In this document: positions 28,750-38,715 of the stretch, one piece after another
Numbering within the stretch: the stretch's first letter is position 1
Layout: every line of letters begins with the position of its first letter
From: an uncultured delta proteobacterium
GTDB lineage: Bacteria > Myxococcota_A > Polyangia > Polyangiales > Polyangiaceae
Length of the DNA stretch: 64,000 bases
Reading direction: 5' to 3'
NCBI GenBank assembly: GCA_963782055.1
Contig: CAWAIF010000002.1
Coordinates: 492,581 to 556,580, forward strand
The notes under the pieces: model-generated
What the model saw: the letters and a program-made list of their open reading frames with translations, nothing else
Told to the model about the DNA's origin: nothing
The model's database searches: none
Translations under genes and position numbers: made by a program

Positions 28750-30042
28750 GTGAGCGAGAAGGCCGAGATCAAAATCAGCGACACCGTGAAGGTAGAGGCG
28801 CCCATCGTCGTCGGGACCGAGGGCGAGAAGGGCATCGACATCGGCCAGCTCCGCGCCCAGACCGGCGGCATCGTGACGCTCGACCCGGCGTTCATGAACA
28901 CCGCGTCCACCAAGAGCGCCATCACCTTCATCGACGGCAACAAGGGCATCCTGCGTTACCGCGGCATCCCCATCGAGCAGCTCGCCGAGCAGTCCACCTT
29001 CGTCGAGACGGCGTACCTCCTCATCAACGGCCACCTGCCGAACAAGGGCGAGCTCGCGCACTTCTCCGACCTGCTCACCCGCCACTCCCTCATCCACGAG
29101 GATATGAAGCGCTTCTTCGAGGGCTTCCCCACGACCTCGCACCCGATGGCGGTGCTCTCGTCGATGGTGCTCGCGCTCTCCAGCTTCTACCCGGAGGCGA
29201 TCGACGTGAGCAACCACGAGGTCATCGACATGACCATCGCGCGGCTGCTCGCCAAGGTGCGCACCATCGCGGCGTTCGCCTACAAGAAGTCCATCGGCCA
29301 GCCGATGGTCTACCCGAAGAACTCGCTCTCCTACTGCGCGAACTTCCTCAACATGATGTTCAGCGTGCCGGCGGAGCCGTACGAGGTGGACGAGGAGCTG
29401 GTGAAGGTGATGAACCTCCTGCTCATCCTCCACGCCGACCACGAGCAGAACTGCTCCACGTCGACGGTGCGCCTCGTCGGCAGCTCGCGCGCCAACCTGT
29501 TCGCCTCCATCTCGGCCGGCATCTGCGCCCTCTGGGGCCCGCTCCACGGCGGCGCCAACCAGGAGGTCATCGGCATGCTGGAGATGATCCAGAAGGACGG
29601 CGGCGACGTGAAGAAGTACGTCGCCAAGGCGAAGGACAAGAACTCCGACTTCCGCCTGATGGGCTTCGGCCACCGCGTCTACAAGAACTTCGACCCGCGC
29701 GCGAAGATCATCAAGACCGCGGCGGACAAGGTCCTCTCCAAGCTGGGCGTGAAGGACCCGCTGCTCGACGTGGCCAAGGGCCTGGAGGAGGCGGCGCTGG
29801 CGGACAGCTACTTCGTCGAGCGCAAGCTCTACCCGAACGTCGACTTCTACTCCGGCATCATCTACCGGGCGATGGGCTTCCCCACCGACATGTTCACCGT
29901 CCTGTTCGCCCTCGGCCGCCTGCCCGGGTGGATCGCGCACTGGAAGGAGATGATGGAGGAGCCGTCGACCAAGATCGGCCGCCCCCGGCAGATCTACGTG
30001 GGGCCGGCGCTGCAGAACTACGTGCCGATCGAGAAGCGGTAG
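28750..30042 (+). CDS. gltA: Citrate synthase
   Basis: LRYRG, HADHEQNCST, LHGGAN, MGFGHRVYK, YPNVDFYSG; GGAGGA RBS before the GTG. Confidence 0.97.
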   Translation: MSEKAEIKISDTVKVEAPIVVGTEGEKGIDIGQLRAQTGGIVTLDPAFMNTASTKSAITFIDGNKGILRYRGIPIEQLAEQSTFVETAYLLINGHLPNKGELAHFSDLLTRHSLIHEDMKRFFEGFPTTSHPMAVLSSMVLALSSFYPEAIDVSNHEVIDMTIARLLAKVRTIAAFAYKKSIGQPMVYPKNSLSYCANFLNMMFSVPAEPYEVDEELVKVMNLLLILHADHEQNCSTSTVRLVGSSRANLFASISAGICALWGPLHGGANQEVIGMLEMIQKDGGDVKKYVAKAKDKNSDFRLMGFGHRVYKNFDPRAKIIKTAADKVLSKLGVKDPLLDVAKGLEEAALADSYFVERKLYPNVDFYSGIIYRAMGFPTDMFTVLFALGRLPGWIAHWKEMMEEPSTKIGRPRQIYVGPALQNYVPIEKR

Positions 30043-30086
30043 CCTCACCCCCCCCGGCCCCCCTCTCCCTATGAGGGAGAGGGGGG
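30043..30086. repeat. GC-rich palindrome (REP-like hairpin or terminator) after gltA
   Basis: CCCCCCTCTCCCT-ATG-AGGGAGAGGGGGG, a 13-bp perfect stem at 30058-30086; no U-tract. Confidence 0.6.
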
Positions 30087-30126
30087 AGAAGAGAGCGCGG
30101 TCGGGCGGGCGTGCTACCCTCGATCG

Positions 30127-30735
30127 ATGCTGCCGGAGCGCGAGGCCAGGTTCTGGGCTGGCGTGACGCGCGCCTCGGACTTCTTCATGGGAACCGCCGA
30201 CGTCCAGAAGGCGCTGGTGAAGCTGGCGCGAACCCTCGAGGACCTGCACATCCCCTACGCCATCGCGGGTGCCATGGCGCTGAACGAGCTCGGCTACGAG
30301 CGCGTGACCTCGGACGTCGACGTGCTGCTCACCAGAGAAGGGCTCGCACGCCTGAAGGCGGCCGTGCTCGGCCGTGGCTACGTCGAGAAGTTTCCGAACA
30401 GCAAGGGCCTTCGCGACACCGAGCACAACGTACCGATCGACGTCCTCGTCGCCGGCGAATTCCCCGGAGACGGCAAACCCAAGCCGATCGCCTTCCCGGA
30501 CCCGGGGACACTCCCGCACGGAGAGACCATCTCCATTCTTCCGGTGGAGAAGCTGATCGAGCTGAAGCTCGCGTCCGGGATGACGGCGCCGCATCGGTTG
30601 AAGGATCTCGCCGACGTGCAGGAGCTCATCAAGCACGCCGGGCTGCCGCGTGACCTGAGCCTCCACCCCTGGGTCCGCGCGAAGTACGTGGAGCTGTGGG
30701 ACGCCGCGCAGGTCCACGATCCGGAGGAGTGGAAT
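30127..30735 (+). CDS. Nucleotidyltransferase-like protein (Pol-beta superfamily); natural end probably near 30730, ORF reads through to 30990
   Basis: YAIAGAMAL...RVTSDVDVLL, IDVL, LIELKL...HRLKDLADV. The tail after PEE is low complexity and overlaps the convergent gene. Confidence 0.75.
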
Positions 30736-30814
30736 CGCTCACGGGCATCGACCAGCTCGGCCTTCTGGACGCGCTCTTCGACCAGCTCATCGTGGTCCCC
30801 GAGGTTTGGGGCGC

Positions 30815-31684
30815 TCAGCCGAGCGCGGGGCGCAGGACGTCCTCGAGCGGGACGGTGCCGCGCAGCGAGCGGTGGGTGCCCTCGAAGTGCGCCGTACCGC
30901 CGGCGAAGGCCTCGGTCATCTCGCGGAAGAGCTTCGCCATGTCCTCCGACATGCCCGCTCCCCGCAGCGCCGGCACCAGCGCGTCGATAGGAAGGGGCGT
31001 GGCCTTCACCGTCTTGCCGAGGATCCTGGAAGCCTCGGCCGCGGCGTCGGCGTAGCTGTACTCCTTCGGACCGGAGAGCTCGATGATGGACGTCGACGAC
31101 GGCGGCGCCAGCAGCGCCTCGGCGGAGACGCGTCCGATGTCCTTCGTCGCGACCATCGGGAAGGGGTACGTCCCGTCGCTGCCGAAGACCGGCAACACGC
31201 CGTCGGCCTTCATCGGATGGGCGTACGCGAGCAGGTTCTCCATGAAGTACGCCGCGCGCACGAAGGTGAAGGCCGTCTTGGGCGCCGCCTCGGGCAGCGC
31301 GGTCTCGGCGTGGTGCGTGATGACGATGGGCCCGGTGCCCGACGGGACCTGCGCGGCCGTCGAGGAGAGGAAGACGGCGTGCGCGACGCCGCTCCCGGCG
31401 AGGGCGCCCGCGAAGTGGTCGATGATGCGCCGGCCGCGCGCGACGACCTCGTCCGACTGCAGCGCGGGGGGCACCAGCAGGTACGCGCCCTCCGCCCCGG
31501 CGAGCGCCTTTGACACGCTCGCGGCGTCCAGGACGTCGCCGGTGACCACCTCGGCGCCGCGCTCGGCGAGCCCGGCGACCCTCGAGGCGTCGCGGGCGAC
31601 GACGCGGACCTTCTTGCCCCGATCGAGGAGCGTGGCGGCGACGACCGAACCCGTGTTTCCCGAAGCTCCGAAGATGACGAACAT
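30815..31684 (-). CDS. NmrA family NAD(P)H-binding protein
   Basis: GASGNTG, GAEGAYLLVPP, RAAYFMEN, VATKDIG. Confidence 0.92.
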   Translation of the reverse strand: MFVIFGASGNTGSVVAATLLDRGKKVRVVARDASRVAGLAERGAEVVTGDVLDAASVSKALAGAEGAYLLVPPALQSDEVVARGRRIIDHFAGALAGSGVAHAVFLSSTAAQVPSGTGPIVITHHAETALPEAAPKTAFTFVRAAYFMENLLAYAHPMKADGVLPVFGSDGTYPFPMVATKDIGRVSAEALLAPPSSTSIIELSGPKEYSYADAAAEASRILGKTVKATPLPIDALVPALRGAGMSEDMAKLFREMTEAFAGGTAHFEGTHRSLRGTVPLEDVLRPALG

Positions 31685-31749
31685 GAGCGCCTCCGTGGGT
31701 GCGTGGTTGGAACGCGGGACAACGTGCGGCCGGCTCGATCATCCGTCCA

Positions 31750-32676
31750 ATGCATGTAAGATATGTCCAACATGCGCGTGTGCATGACATCGACCTCGCG
31801 TCGCTCCGCCTCTTCGACGTGCTCTACCGCGAGCGCAACGTCACGCGCGCCGCCCGCGCGGCGGGCCTGAGCCAGCCGGCGACGAGCCGCGCGCTGCAGC
31901 GCATGCGCGTGCAGCTCGGCGACGAGCTCTTCGTCCGGACGCCGCGCGCCATGCTCCCCACGCCGCGCGCCGACGAGCTCGCCCCGGAGGTGCGCGAGGT
32001 CATCGAGCGCGTGGACGCGCTGCGCCGGCCGAAGGCGCCCGACCCGAAGACCCTGGTGCGCGACTTCGTCATCGGCGCGACCGACATGCCCGACTCGGAC
32101 CTCCTGCCCCGCCTCGCTCACGCGCTCGCCGGCGCGCCGGGCGTCAGCGTCGCGACGCGTCCCCTCGGGCGCGACACGGGGGACCAGCTCGCGCGCGGGC
32201 GCCTGGATCTCCTGGTGGGCCTGCGCCACGGCATGCCCGCCGAGGCCATCGCGCAGCACCTCTTCGACGAGGGGTTCCTCTGCGCGGTGCGCCGGGATCA
32301 CCCGCGCGTGCGGCGCAAGCTCGGGCTCGCGACCTACGTCGAGCTCGCGCACCTGCTCATCGCGCCGCGAGGCGATCCGGGCAGCACCGTCGACGACGCG
32401 CTCGCCGCGAGGGGCCTGCGCCGGCGCATCGCGCTGCGGGTGCACACCTTCCACTCGGCGGCGCTCATCGTCGCGCGCAGCGACCTCGTGCTCACCGCCC
32501 CGCGCCGTCTGCTCGAGCCGGTGGCCGAGGCGTTCGGCCTGCGTCTCCTGCCGACCCCCGTGCCCCTCCGGCCGTTCTCCGTCTTCCAGGCGTGGCACCC
32601 GCGCGTCCACAACGACCCCGTGCACGCCTGGTTCCGCGGCGTCGTCGCCGTCGCCGCGCGCGCGTCGTCACGCTGA
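31750..32676 (+). CDS. LysR family transcriptional regulator, divergent from the NmrA gene
   Basis: DLASLRLFDVLYRERNVTRAA...SQPATSRALQRMR...DELFVR; WHPRVHNDPVHAWFR. Confidence 0.95.
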   Translation: MHVRYVQHARVHDIDLASLRLFDVLYRERNVTRAARAAGLSQPATSRALQRMRVQLGDELFVRTPRAMLPTPRADELAPEVREVIERVDALRRPKAPDPKTLVRDFVIGATDMPDSDLLPRLAHALAGAPGVSVATRPLGRDTGDQLARGRLDLLVGLRHGMPAEAIAQHLFDEGFLCAVRRDHPRVRRKLGLATYVELAHLLIAPRGDPGSTVDDALAARGLRRRIALRVHTFHSAALIVARSDLVLTAPRRLLEPVAEAFGLRLLPTPVPLRPFSVFQAWHPRVHNDPVHAWFRGVVAVAARASSR

Positions 32677-32771
32677 CGGCAGCCCTCTCCTCGCCGGGCC
32701 GTCACGGTCAGGGCAAGCGTGGAGGAGACAGGCTTGCAGGATCGGCCGCCGCGCTCGCGCCGTTCTTCGCC

Positions 32772-33533
32772 GTGCACGCCGCGCGCGCGGAGTACCGGAC
32801 CGCCGGAGCGTCGACCAGGGAGCCTTTCTCGTGGGAGTGGGACAATCCGCGGACGGTCGGAGAGTGTCTCCAGGCCGCATGGAACATGACGGGTCGCTGG
32901 CAAGCGCGCAGATCCGTCACCGTCACGCGGGCGCAGTTCGACCGCCGGGTCCTCGACGTCGTTCCCCGCCTCGCCCGGCGCCTCAACGCGCTCGGCGTCA
33001 CCTGCCTGCGCGATCTCGCCCGTCTCGACGACCGGGGCTACCGCCGCCTCGCCCATGTTCTCCACGACGCCGTCGCGGACGTCTCCCGCATCCGCGCCAC
33101 CCGGCGCGTCGAGCCCGTGCTCGGCACGAAGGTGCTCCACCACTACTTCCCGAGCATCGTCCCGGTCTTCGACACCGCCCTGATCCGCAAGGGCGTGATG
33201 CGCACCGCCCCGTTCCAGAACTTCGTCGACCACGACCCCGAGGGCTGGCTCGCCTACGCGGACGCGGCCGACGCGGGCGGCCCCGCGCTGCTCCAGTTCC
33301 ACCGCTACTTCGCCTTCGCCGCCGCGCAGATCGCGAGCGCCCCGGCGAGCGCGCTCTCGAAGGTGCGCCAGACCTTCGGCAAGGCGTTCTCCCGCCTCGC
33401 CCCGACGGTCGACGTTCTGCGTCGCGATGGCCTCGTCTGGAGGATGGACGCGAAGATCGCGGAGTACTGCCTGCTCGGCCAGGCGCAGCGCGAGGGACAC
33501 TTCCGCAAGCGCCGCCCGTTTCGGAGTGGCTGA
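32772..33533 (+). CDS. Hypothetical protein with HhH-glycosylase/DUF6308-like motif; start uncertain
   Basis: VLGTKVLHHYFPSIVPVFDT resembles the SKxLHxxxPxxxPxxD motif; GC3-rich codon pattern. Confidence 0.55.
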   Translation: MHAARAEYRTAGASTREPFSWEWDNPRTVGECLQAAWNMTGRWQARRSVTVTRAQFDRRVLDVVPRLARRLNALGVTCLRDLARLDDRGYRRLAHVLHDAVADVSRIRATRRVEPVLGTKVLHHYFPSIVPVFDTALIRKGVMRTAPFQNFVDHDPEGWLAYADAADAGGPALLQFHRYFAFAAAQIASAPASALSKVRQTFGKAFSRLAPTVDVLRRDGLVWRMDAKIAEYCLLGQAQREGHFRKRRPFRSG

Positions 33534-33599
33534 TCGCTCATCCCGCCCGCGAGGTACTCGTGCTTCGTCCCGCCCTTCGCCGGAAGAGCAGGGCCGATC

Positions 33600-33722
33600 A
33601 TGGCGTACCGTGAGCCGCAACCTCCTCGTGGTGTGGGCGACGCGGTCGTGCTCGGCGACGGCGGGGAGATCGCCTGCCACGACGCCGCCACCGGCGCGCC
33701 GCGCTGGAGCGACGCCTTCCCG
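33600..33722 (+). pseudogene. Remnant of a small PQQ-like beta-propeller protein
   Basis: MAYRE, out-of-frame RNLLVV, and GEIACHDAATGAPRWSD; interior missing. Confidence 0.4.
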
Positions 33723-33729
33723 GCCCCAC

Positions 33730-33849
33730 GCCACCTTCGACTACACGACGAGCCCCGCTACACTCTGGGTGGTGTGGCGCTACAAACGGTTGCAGCGGGC
33801 GAACGACGGGACGCCGCAGATCGCCACGCGCGGCGTCGTGGTGCAGTGA
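33730..33849 (+). pseudogene. Internally deleted remnant of the 36458-38068 gene
   Basis: ATFDYTTSPATLWVVWR (matches about 37015-37066) joined to QRANDGTPQIATRGVVVQ* (matches 38010-38068). Confidence 0.85.
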
Positions 33850-33850
33850 G

Positions 33851-34486
33851 ATGGGGCGAGGGCGAGCCGCCGTCCTGACCGCGATGACCGTGGCGGCGGG
33901 GATCGCCGTCACGTGCGGCGGGCAGATCTTCGACGGCTACTTCGACCCGCAGGGCAACTACCACGACAAGGACGGCGCGGTGGTGTTCGGACCGGGGACG
34001 AGCTGCGAGGGCTACGACGCGTCGGCGCTCGCGTCGACGGCGGGGCAGTGGGAGAAGGGGTCGGTCTACCCGGACCTCGGGGCGTGTGACGCCGACGCCT
34101 ATTGCAAGGCCGCGTTGCCCGCAGGCCTCACATTCCCCACACCCTTCTCCGCGACCAGCACCGACAAGTTCTACATCGTCGGGTGCGTACCCAACGGCTT
34201 CGCGGCTGACGCGGGTGGGATTTGTTCCGCTGGCGCAGACTCACCACCGGCGTGCCCGGGGGAGAACGAGGACGGCAACCACTACTGCCAGACGTTCTAC
34301 CAGCAGTTCGTCGCCGCTCCGGGTGCACGCGCGCTGGCTTCGTGCAAACGCTGCCGTGACCTCCAGCCGAAGCGCGCCGTGTGTGCGGGCGACTACATCT
34401 GCGTGCCGGACTGTTGCAACGGTGCCGGATTCTGCGTGCAGCGCGGGAACGCGGCGGCGGGCTGCGAGTACCCCTGCAAGCCCTGA
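33851..34486 (+). CDS. Cys-rich secreted/lipoprotein, near-identical copy of 38070-38705
   Basis: 211 aa; I counted 6 substitutions versus the 38070 copy. Confidence 0.85.
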   Translation: MGRGRAAVLTAMTVAAGIAVTCGGQIFDGYFDPQGNYHDKDGAVVFGPGTSCEGYDASALASTAGQWEKGSVYPDLGACDADAYCKAALPAGLTFPTPFSATSTDKFYIVGCVPNGFAADAGGICSAGADSPPACPGENEDGNHYCQTFYQQFVAAPGARALASCKRCRDLQPKRAVCAGDYICVPDCCNGAGFCVQRGNAAAGCEYPCKP

Positions 34487-34496
34487 GGAGGAGAAC

Positions 34497-34602
34497 ATGA
34501 GGAAGCGAAGCTTGGTCGTGGTCGCCGGTGTCCTCCTCTCGGTGTTCATACACCGCCAACGACGGCGACGGGAACCCGGACATCATCGTCCGCGGCTACT
34601 GA
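34497..34602 (+). pseudogene. Internally deleted remnant of the 38716-40437 gene
   Basis: MRKRSLVVVAGVLL (N-terminus) joined out of frame to YTANDGDGNPDIIVRGY* (compare YTANDGTGVPDIITRGY at 40372). Confidence 0.85.
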
Positions 34603-34711
34603 GCCGCCGCGCGCAACGGCGCACCACACCGACCGCGGAGCTATCGAGCGCCTTGGCTCACGGACGGATGGCGTCCGCGCAGGTCGGGGTGCCGTGCAAG
34701 TCGCATAGGCG

Positions 34712-35830
34712 TCACGGCCCACCTCCGTCCCCTGCGCCCGCGTCGACGGCGCAGGGATCCGATGGCGGCGGGCGCGGACCGGCAACGCGCGTCGGATTGG
34801 CGATCTCCCGCGCGACGAACCCGATGCCGAAGGAGACGGCGTCGCACGGCTCGCCCGGTGCGTTGGTGCCGTCGCTGAGCATGTCGGAGGCGAGCGCGAT
34901 CCTCTTCGCGTATGCGTCCCACGCGCTGCCGCACACGGACGGGGAGTAAAGGCCGACCATCGTCTTCAGAGCGCCGACCAGCTCGCTCGTCTTGATCACC
35001 CCCGCGAGGGTGCCGTTCCTCGCGTACGTGGGCGACGAGTGGTCGAAGGTGATCAACGCGTGGTGGATCGTGAGATCGACCGGTATCCCGGAGAAGAGCA
35101 GGCTGAGCGTGACGGTCATGCCGGGCGTCCCCGGCACGGTGTGGGCGCTCGCGAAGGTCCCACCGATGACGAAGCCGTCACTGAAGTGATCGAGCGACCC
35201 CGCATGGAGGTCGCTCGCGTCCACCAGCCGGTCGGGGAGGACGGCCCAGTCCGTCGTCGGGTCGAACGCCGGCCCGATGCCACCCTCCGCGTCGTAGGGA
35301 CCCGCGGTGAAGAGATCGGCGGTCACTCCGAAGGAGGTCTGCCTGGGATCGCTCGACAGGCCGACGATCCGGAGCTGGAGGGTGAAGTCGCCCCTGAGCA
35401 GAAGGGTGTGCTCGATCAGCGGAGAGATCTCCTGCACGCCGAGCGCCTCCTCGAGGACCGGCAAGACGTTCTTGCCGAAGGCGTTGTCGACATCGGTGCT
35501 CGGATCGACGTTCGCGTCGGGCGGCGCGTCGGCGGGTGGCGTGCAGACGTCCGTCGAGGTCTTCGTGGTGTACTTGCCGTCCAGATCGTAGCCGTACGAG
35601 GCCCATCCTTCAGGGCTGAGCAGGCCGAAGCGCGATCGCTCTCCGAGAGAGACTTGCTGGATGGCGAACGTCATCGTGTCCGTGGTCGGCGGCGTCTCGT
35701 TTCCGGTGGGCACGCGGGCGTCCCACGTGCCGCCGTCCCCCCCGTCGTCTGGCTGTGTGCCGCACCCGATGCCCTGGCAGAGGACGCCCGACGCGAGCGC
35801 GATCAGCGTCCACGCCCACACTCCTCTCAT
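34712..35830 (-). CDS. Hypothetical lipoprotein (myxobacterial DLDG...DN-x-FG type)
   Basis: Signal plus GIGC; WASYGYDLDG, VDNAFGKN, CDAVSFGIGF; ATGA coupling with the upstream gene. Confidence 0.8.
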   Translation of the reverse strand: MRGVWAWTLIALASGVLCQGIGCGTQPDDGGDGGTWDARVPTGNETPPTTDTMTFAIQQVSLGERSRFGLLSPEGWASYGYDLDGKYTTKTSTDVCTPPADAPPDANVDPSTDVDNAFGKNVLPVLEEALGVQEISPLIEHTLLLRGDFTLQLRIVGLSSDPRQTSFGVTADLFTAGPYDAEGGIGPAFDPTTDWAVLPDRLVDASDLHAGSLDHFSDGFVIGGTFASAHTVPGTPGMTVTLSLLFSGIPVDLTIHHALITFDHSSPTYARNGTLAGVIKTSELVGALKTMVGLYSPSVCGSAWDAYAKRIALASDMLSDGTNAPGEPCDAVSFGIGFVAREIANPTRVAGPRPPPSDPCAVDAGAGDGGGP

Positions 35831-36162
35831 GGAGAGCATGGGCACTCGTCGTTCTTGATCTCCGACAGCGGACAACACCCGAATCCCGGGGGAGCCTCCA
35901 ATCCGCAGCCCTGACCCCACACGCAGCGCTGGCTCGCGGTGCACTTCTCCACATACCGGTAGCCGACGCCCCGACTGAGTGGGCCGTATTCCCGGTCGCA
36001 GTACTGTCCGGTGGAGGCGCCACCGCCGTCTGCCCCGACGCCGCCGGATCCCGCCGTGCCCGGGCTACCGCCGTCACCGCCCTCGAGCGGCGTCCGCCCG
36101 CCGCAAGCCGCAAGGACCACGAGGGCCGCTTTGATCGCGGTGGATGAAACGGGGCCGCGCAT
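35827..36162 (-). CDS. Small Cys-rich lipoprotein
   Basis: LAACGGRT lipobox; Cys-rich C-terminus. Confidence 0.7.
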   Translation of the reverse strand: MRGPVSSTAIKAALVVLAACGGRTPLEGGDGGSPGTAGSGGVGADGGGASTGQYCDREYGPLSRGVGYRYVEKCTASQRCVWGQGCGLEAPPGFGCCPLSEIKNDECPCSP

Positions 36163-36457
36163 GGCAGAGCTGATTGTGGGCCAAGCAGCCCTGGGACGCC
36201 AGCTTCAAAGCCGCTACTTCGCGCGTCCGCACACATGCGGGCACACCCGAGCACGGTCTCCCACGAATCGACCGCGCCACATCGAACAAGCGCGAGTGGA
36301 CTCTTGCGTTGCCGTGGCGCCACGCTCAGAGTGGGCTCTCCACCGAGGAGGGGCGGGCATGGCACTCGCAGGGCAGGGCAGGGCAGGCAGTAGTCTTCTC
36401 GACGCTCCTCGTCCGCATCTACGCGGCCGCGCGTAGCAGCGGCTCGGAGGGCGCGTC

Positions 36458-38068
36458 ATGAGCGTCCTGAGAGGATGCGCGCTCGGCCTCGCGTGGCTGG
36501 GCACGACGGTGTGCGTCGCGGCGACGTTCGCGAGCTGCGCCGCGCATGACGACGTGGCCAGCAGCTCGGCGGCCACCACGGCGACGCTCCTCGATGGGGG
36601 CGCGATCAACCCGATGGAGCAGGAGCCGTCCGCGGTCTTCGCCGACCGCTCCCTGCTGGTCGTCGGCTACAACGACGAGCGCAGCGCGCTTGTCCCTGGT
36701 GGTTCCACCATGGGCTGGGCCCGATCCTTCAACAACGGCGTCACCTTCACCAAGTGCAACGCGAACGCCCCGTGCAACGGCTCAGGGGTGGACGTCTCGC
36801 GCGTCACCGGGTTCCGGAGCTTCCTCCGCCACCCGAGCCTCGCCACCGACGGCAAGGGCCATGTCGTCTACGTCACCCTCGCCGACACCGATGGCGACCC
36901 TTCGACGGCCGAGCGCGTGGTCGCCGTGCTCTCCAGCGACTACGGCCAGACCTTCACCACGGCGTTCCCCGTGAACCAGGATAGCTGCGCGAACGGCGTG
37001 CAGGACATGCCCTACGCCACGTTCGACTACACCACCAGCCCCGCTACACTCTGGATCGTGTGGCGGCACAACGGCAGCGGAGGGTCCTTCGGCGGCTGCA
37101 TCCGCCGCTTCTTCATCGACAAGTACACGGGCGAGCTGGTGGCGCTCGATCCATCGCAGGACGTGGTCGGCATGGAGCAGGACGATCCCTTCTTCGGGAG
37201 CCAGGGCGCGCTGGAGGTGCAGGCCGGCGACGGGATCGTCACGGTGGCCTACGTCGACAGCGACGACGATCACCCCTGCCCGAGCGGCAGCCATCACGGT
37301 CAGGCGTGGGGCTCGGTCTCCACGATCGACAACGCGCACAACTGGGTCGACAACGCTCGCATCTTCCACACGTCCGACTGGCGCTCGTGCCTGCTGCACG
37401 GTGGCGGCGGCCTCCACGTGCAGAACACCATCCGCTCCTTCGACTTCGTCCGGGCGCCCAGCGGCATCGAGTATGCTGTGCTCGCCGACACCAAACGCTC
37501 GGTGCGCTTCTTCATGAACGCCGGCGGCGGCGTCAAGGGCTGGCGCGATCCGACGGACACCCAGGATCCCTGGATGGAGTGGTGCCCCGGCACGCCGACC
37601 GGGACGGGCACGACCTCCAACTGGAAGCACCACGACGACGGTCCGTGCGGCCACGCGTTCCTCGAGCGCAAGCCGCCCGCGACGTTCACCACGACGCTGC
37701 TCCCCACCATCGCCGCCGACGGCAACGGCCGCGTCGCGATCGGCCTCTTCACCTTCGAGGCGAAGGGGAAGAAGCAGCGCCCCACCGTCCTCCTGCGGGT
37801 CAACCCCAACCCGCTGCTCCCGGGCTCGCAGTTCGTCGCGCCGCCGACGGCCGTCGCCTTCTCTCCAGAGCTGCCCGAGAGCCTGAGCATCCCTCAGGAG
37901 ACCGTCTTCCAGCCCTTCGGGGCGTACTTCCAGATGCTCGCCCGGGAGCCCACGGGCGAGCTCGTCACCCCGGGCTGCTCCGCCAGCGGCGACTTCTACC
38001 CCTTCTGGGTGCAGCGTGCGAACGACGGGACGCCGCAGATCGCCACGCGCGGCGTCGTGGTGCAGTGA
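36458..38068 (+). CDS. Lipoprotein with Asp-box (BNR/sialidase-like) motifs, putative beta-propeller
   Basis: FASC lipobox; SFNNGVTF, SSDYGQTF, STIDNAHNW; paralog of the 38716 gene. Confidence 0.85.
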   Translation: MSVLRGCALGLAWLGTTVCVAATFASCAAHDDVASSSAATTATLLDGGAINPMEQEPSAVFADRSLLVVGYNDERSALVPGGSTMGWARSFNNGVTFTKCNANAPCNGSGVDVSRVTGFRSFLRHPSLATDGKGHVVYVTLADTDGDPSTAERVVAVLSSDYGQTFTTAFPVNQDSCANGVQDMPYATFDYTTSPATLWIVWRHNGSGGSFGGCIRRFFIDKYTGELVALDPSQDVVGMEQDDPFFGSQGALEVQAGDGIVTVAYVDSDDDHPCPSGSHHGQAWGSVSTIDNAHNWVDNARIFHTSDWRSCLLHGGGGLHVQNTIRSFDFVRAPSGIEYAVLADTKRSVRFFMNAGGGVKGWRDPTDTQDPWMEWCPGTPTGTGTTSNWKHHDDGPCGHAFLERKPPATFTTTLLPTIAADGNGRVAIGLFTFEAKGKKQRPTVLLRVNPNPLLPGSQFVAPPTAVAFSPELPESLSIPQETVFQPFGAYFQMLAREPTGELVTPGCSASGDFYPFWVQRANDGTPQIATRGVVVQ

Positions 38069-38069
38069 G

Positions 38070-38705
38070 ATGGGGCGAGGGCGAGCCGCCATCCTGACCG
38101 CGATGACCGTTGCGGCGGGGATCGCCGTCACGTGCGGCGGGCAGCTCTTCGACGGGTACTTCGACCCGCAGGGCAACTACCACGATCAGGACGGCGCGGT
38201 GCTCTTCGGCCCGGGGACGAGCTGCGAGGGCTACGACGCGTCGGCGCTCGCGTCGACGGCGGGGCAGTGGGAGAAGGGGTCGGTCTACCCGGACCTCGGG
38301 GCGTGTGACGCCGACGCCTATTGCAAGGCCGCGTTGCCCGCAGGCCTCACATTCCCCACACCCTTCTCCGCGACCAGCACCGACAAGTTCTACATCGTCG
38401 AGTGCGTACCCAACGGCTTCGCGGCTGACGCGGGTGGGATTTGTTCCGCTGGCGCAGACTCACCACCGGCGTGCCCGGGGGAGAACGAGGACGGCAACCA
38501 CTACTGCCAGACGTTCTACCAGCAGTTCGTCGCCGCTCCCGGTGCACGCGCGCTGGCTTCGTGCAAGCGCTGCAGCGACCTCCAGCCGAAGCGCGCCGTG
38601 TGTGCGGGCGACTACATCTGCGTGCCGGACTGCTGCAACGGTGCCGGATTCTGCGTGCAGCGCGGGAACGCGGCGGCGGGCTGCGAGTACCCCTGCAAGC
38701 CCTGA
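38070..38705 (+). CDS. Cys-rich secreted/lipoprotein
   Basis: AVTCGG signal; many Cys; starts 1 nt after the upstream stop. Confidence 0.85.
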   Translation: MGRGRAAILTAMTVAAGIAVTCGGQLFDGYFDPQGNYHDQDGAVLFGPGTSCEGYDASALASTAGQWEKGSVYPDLGACDADAYCKAALPAGLTFPTPFSATSTDKFYIVECVPNGFAADAGGICSAGADSPPACPGENEDGNHYCQTFYQQFVAAPGARALASCKRCSDLQPKRAVCAGDYICVPDCCNGAGFCVQRGNAAAGCEYPCKP

Positions 38706-38715
38706 GGAGTAACGG

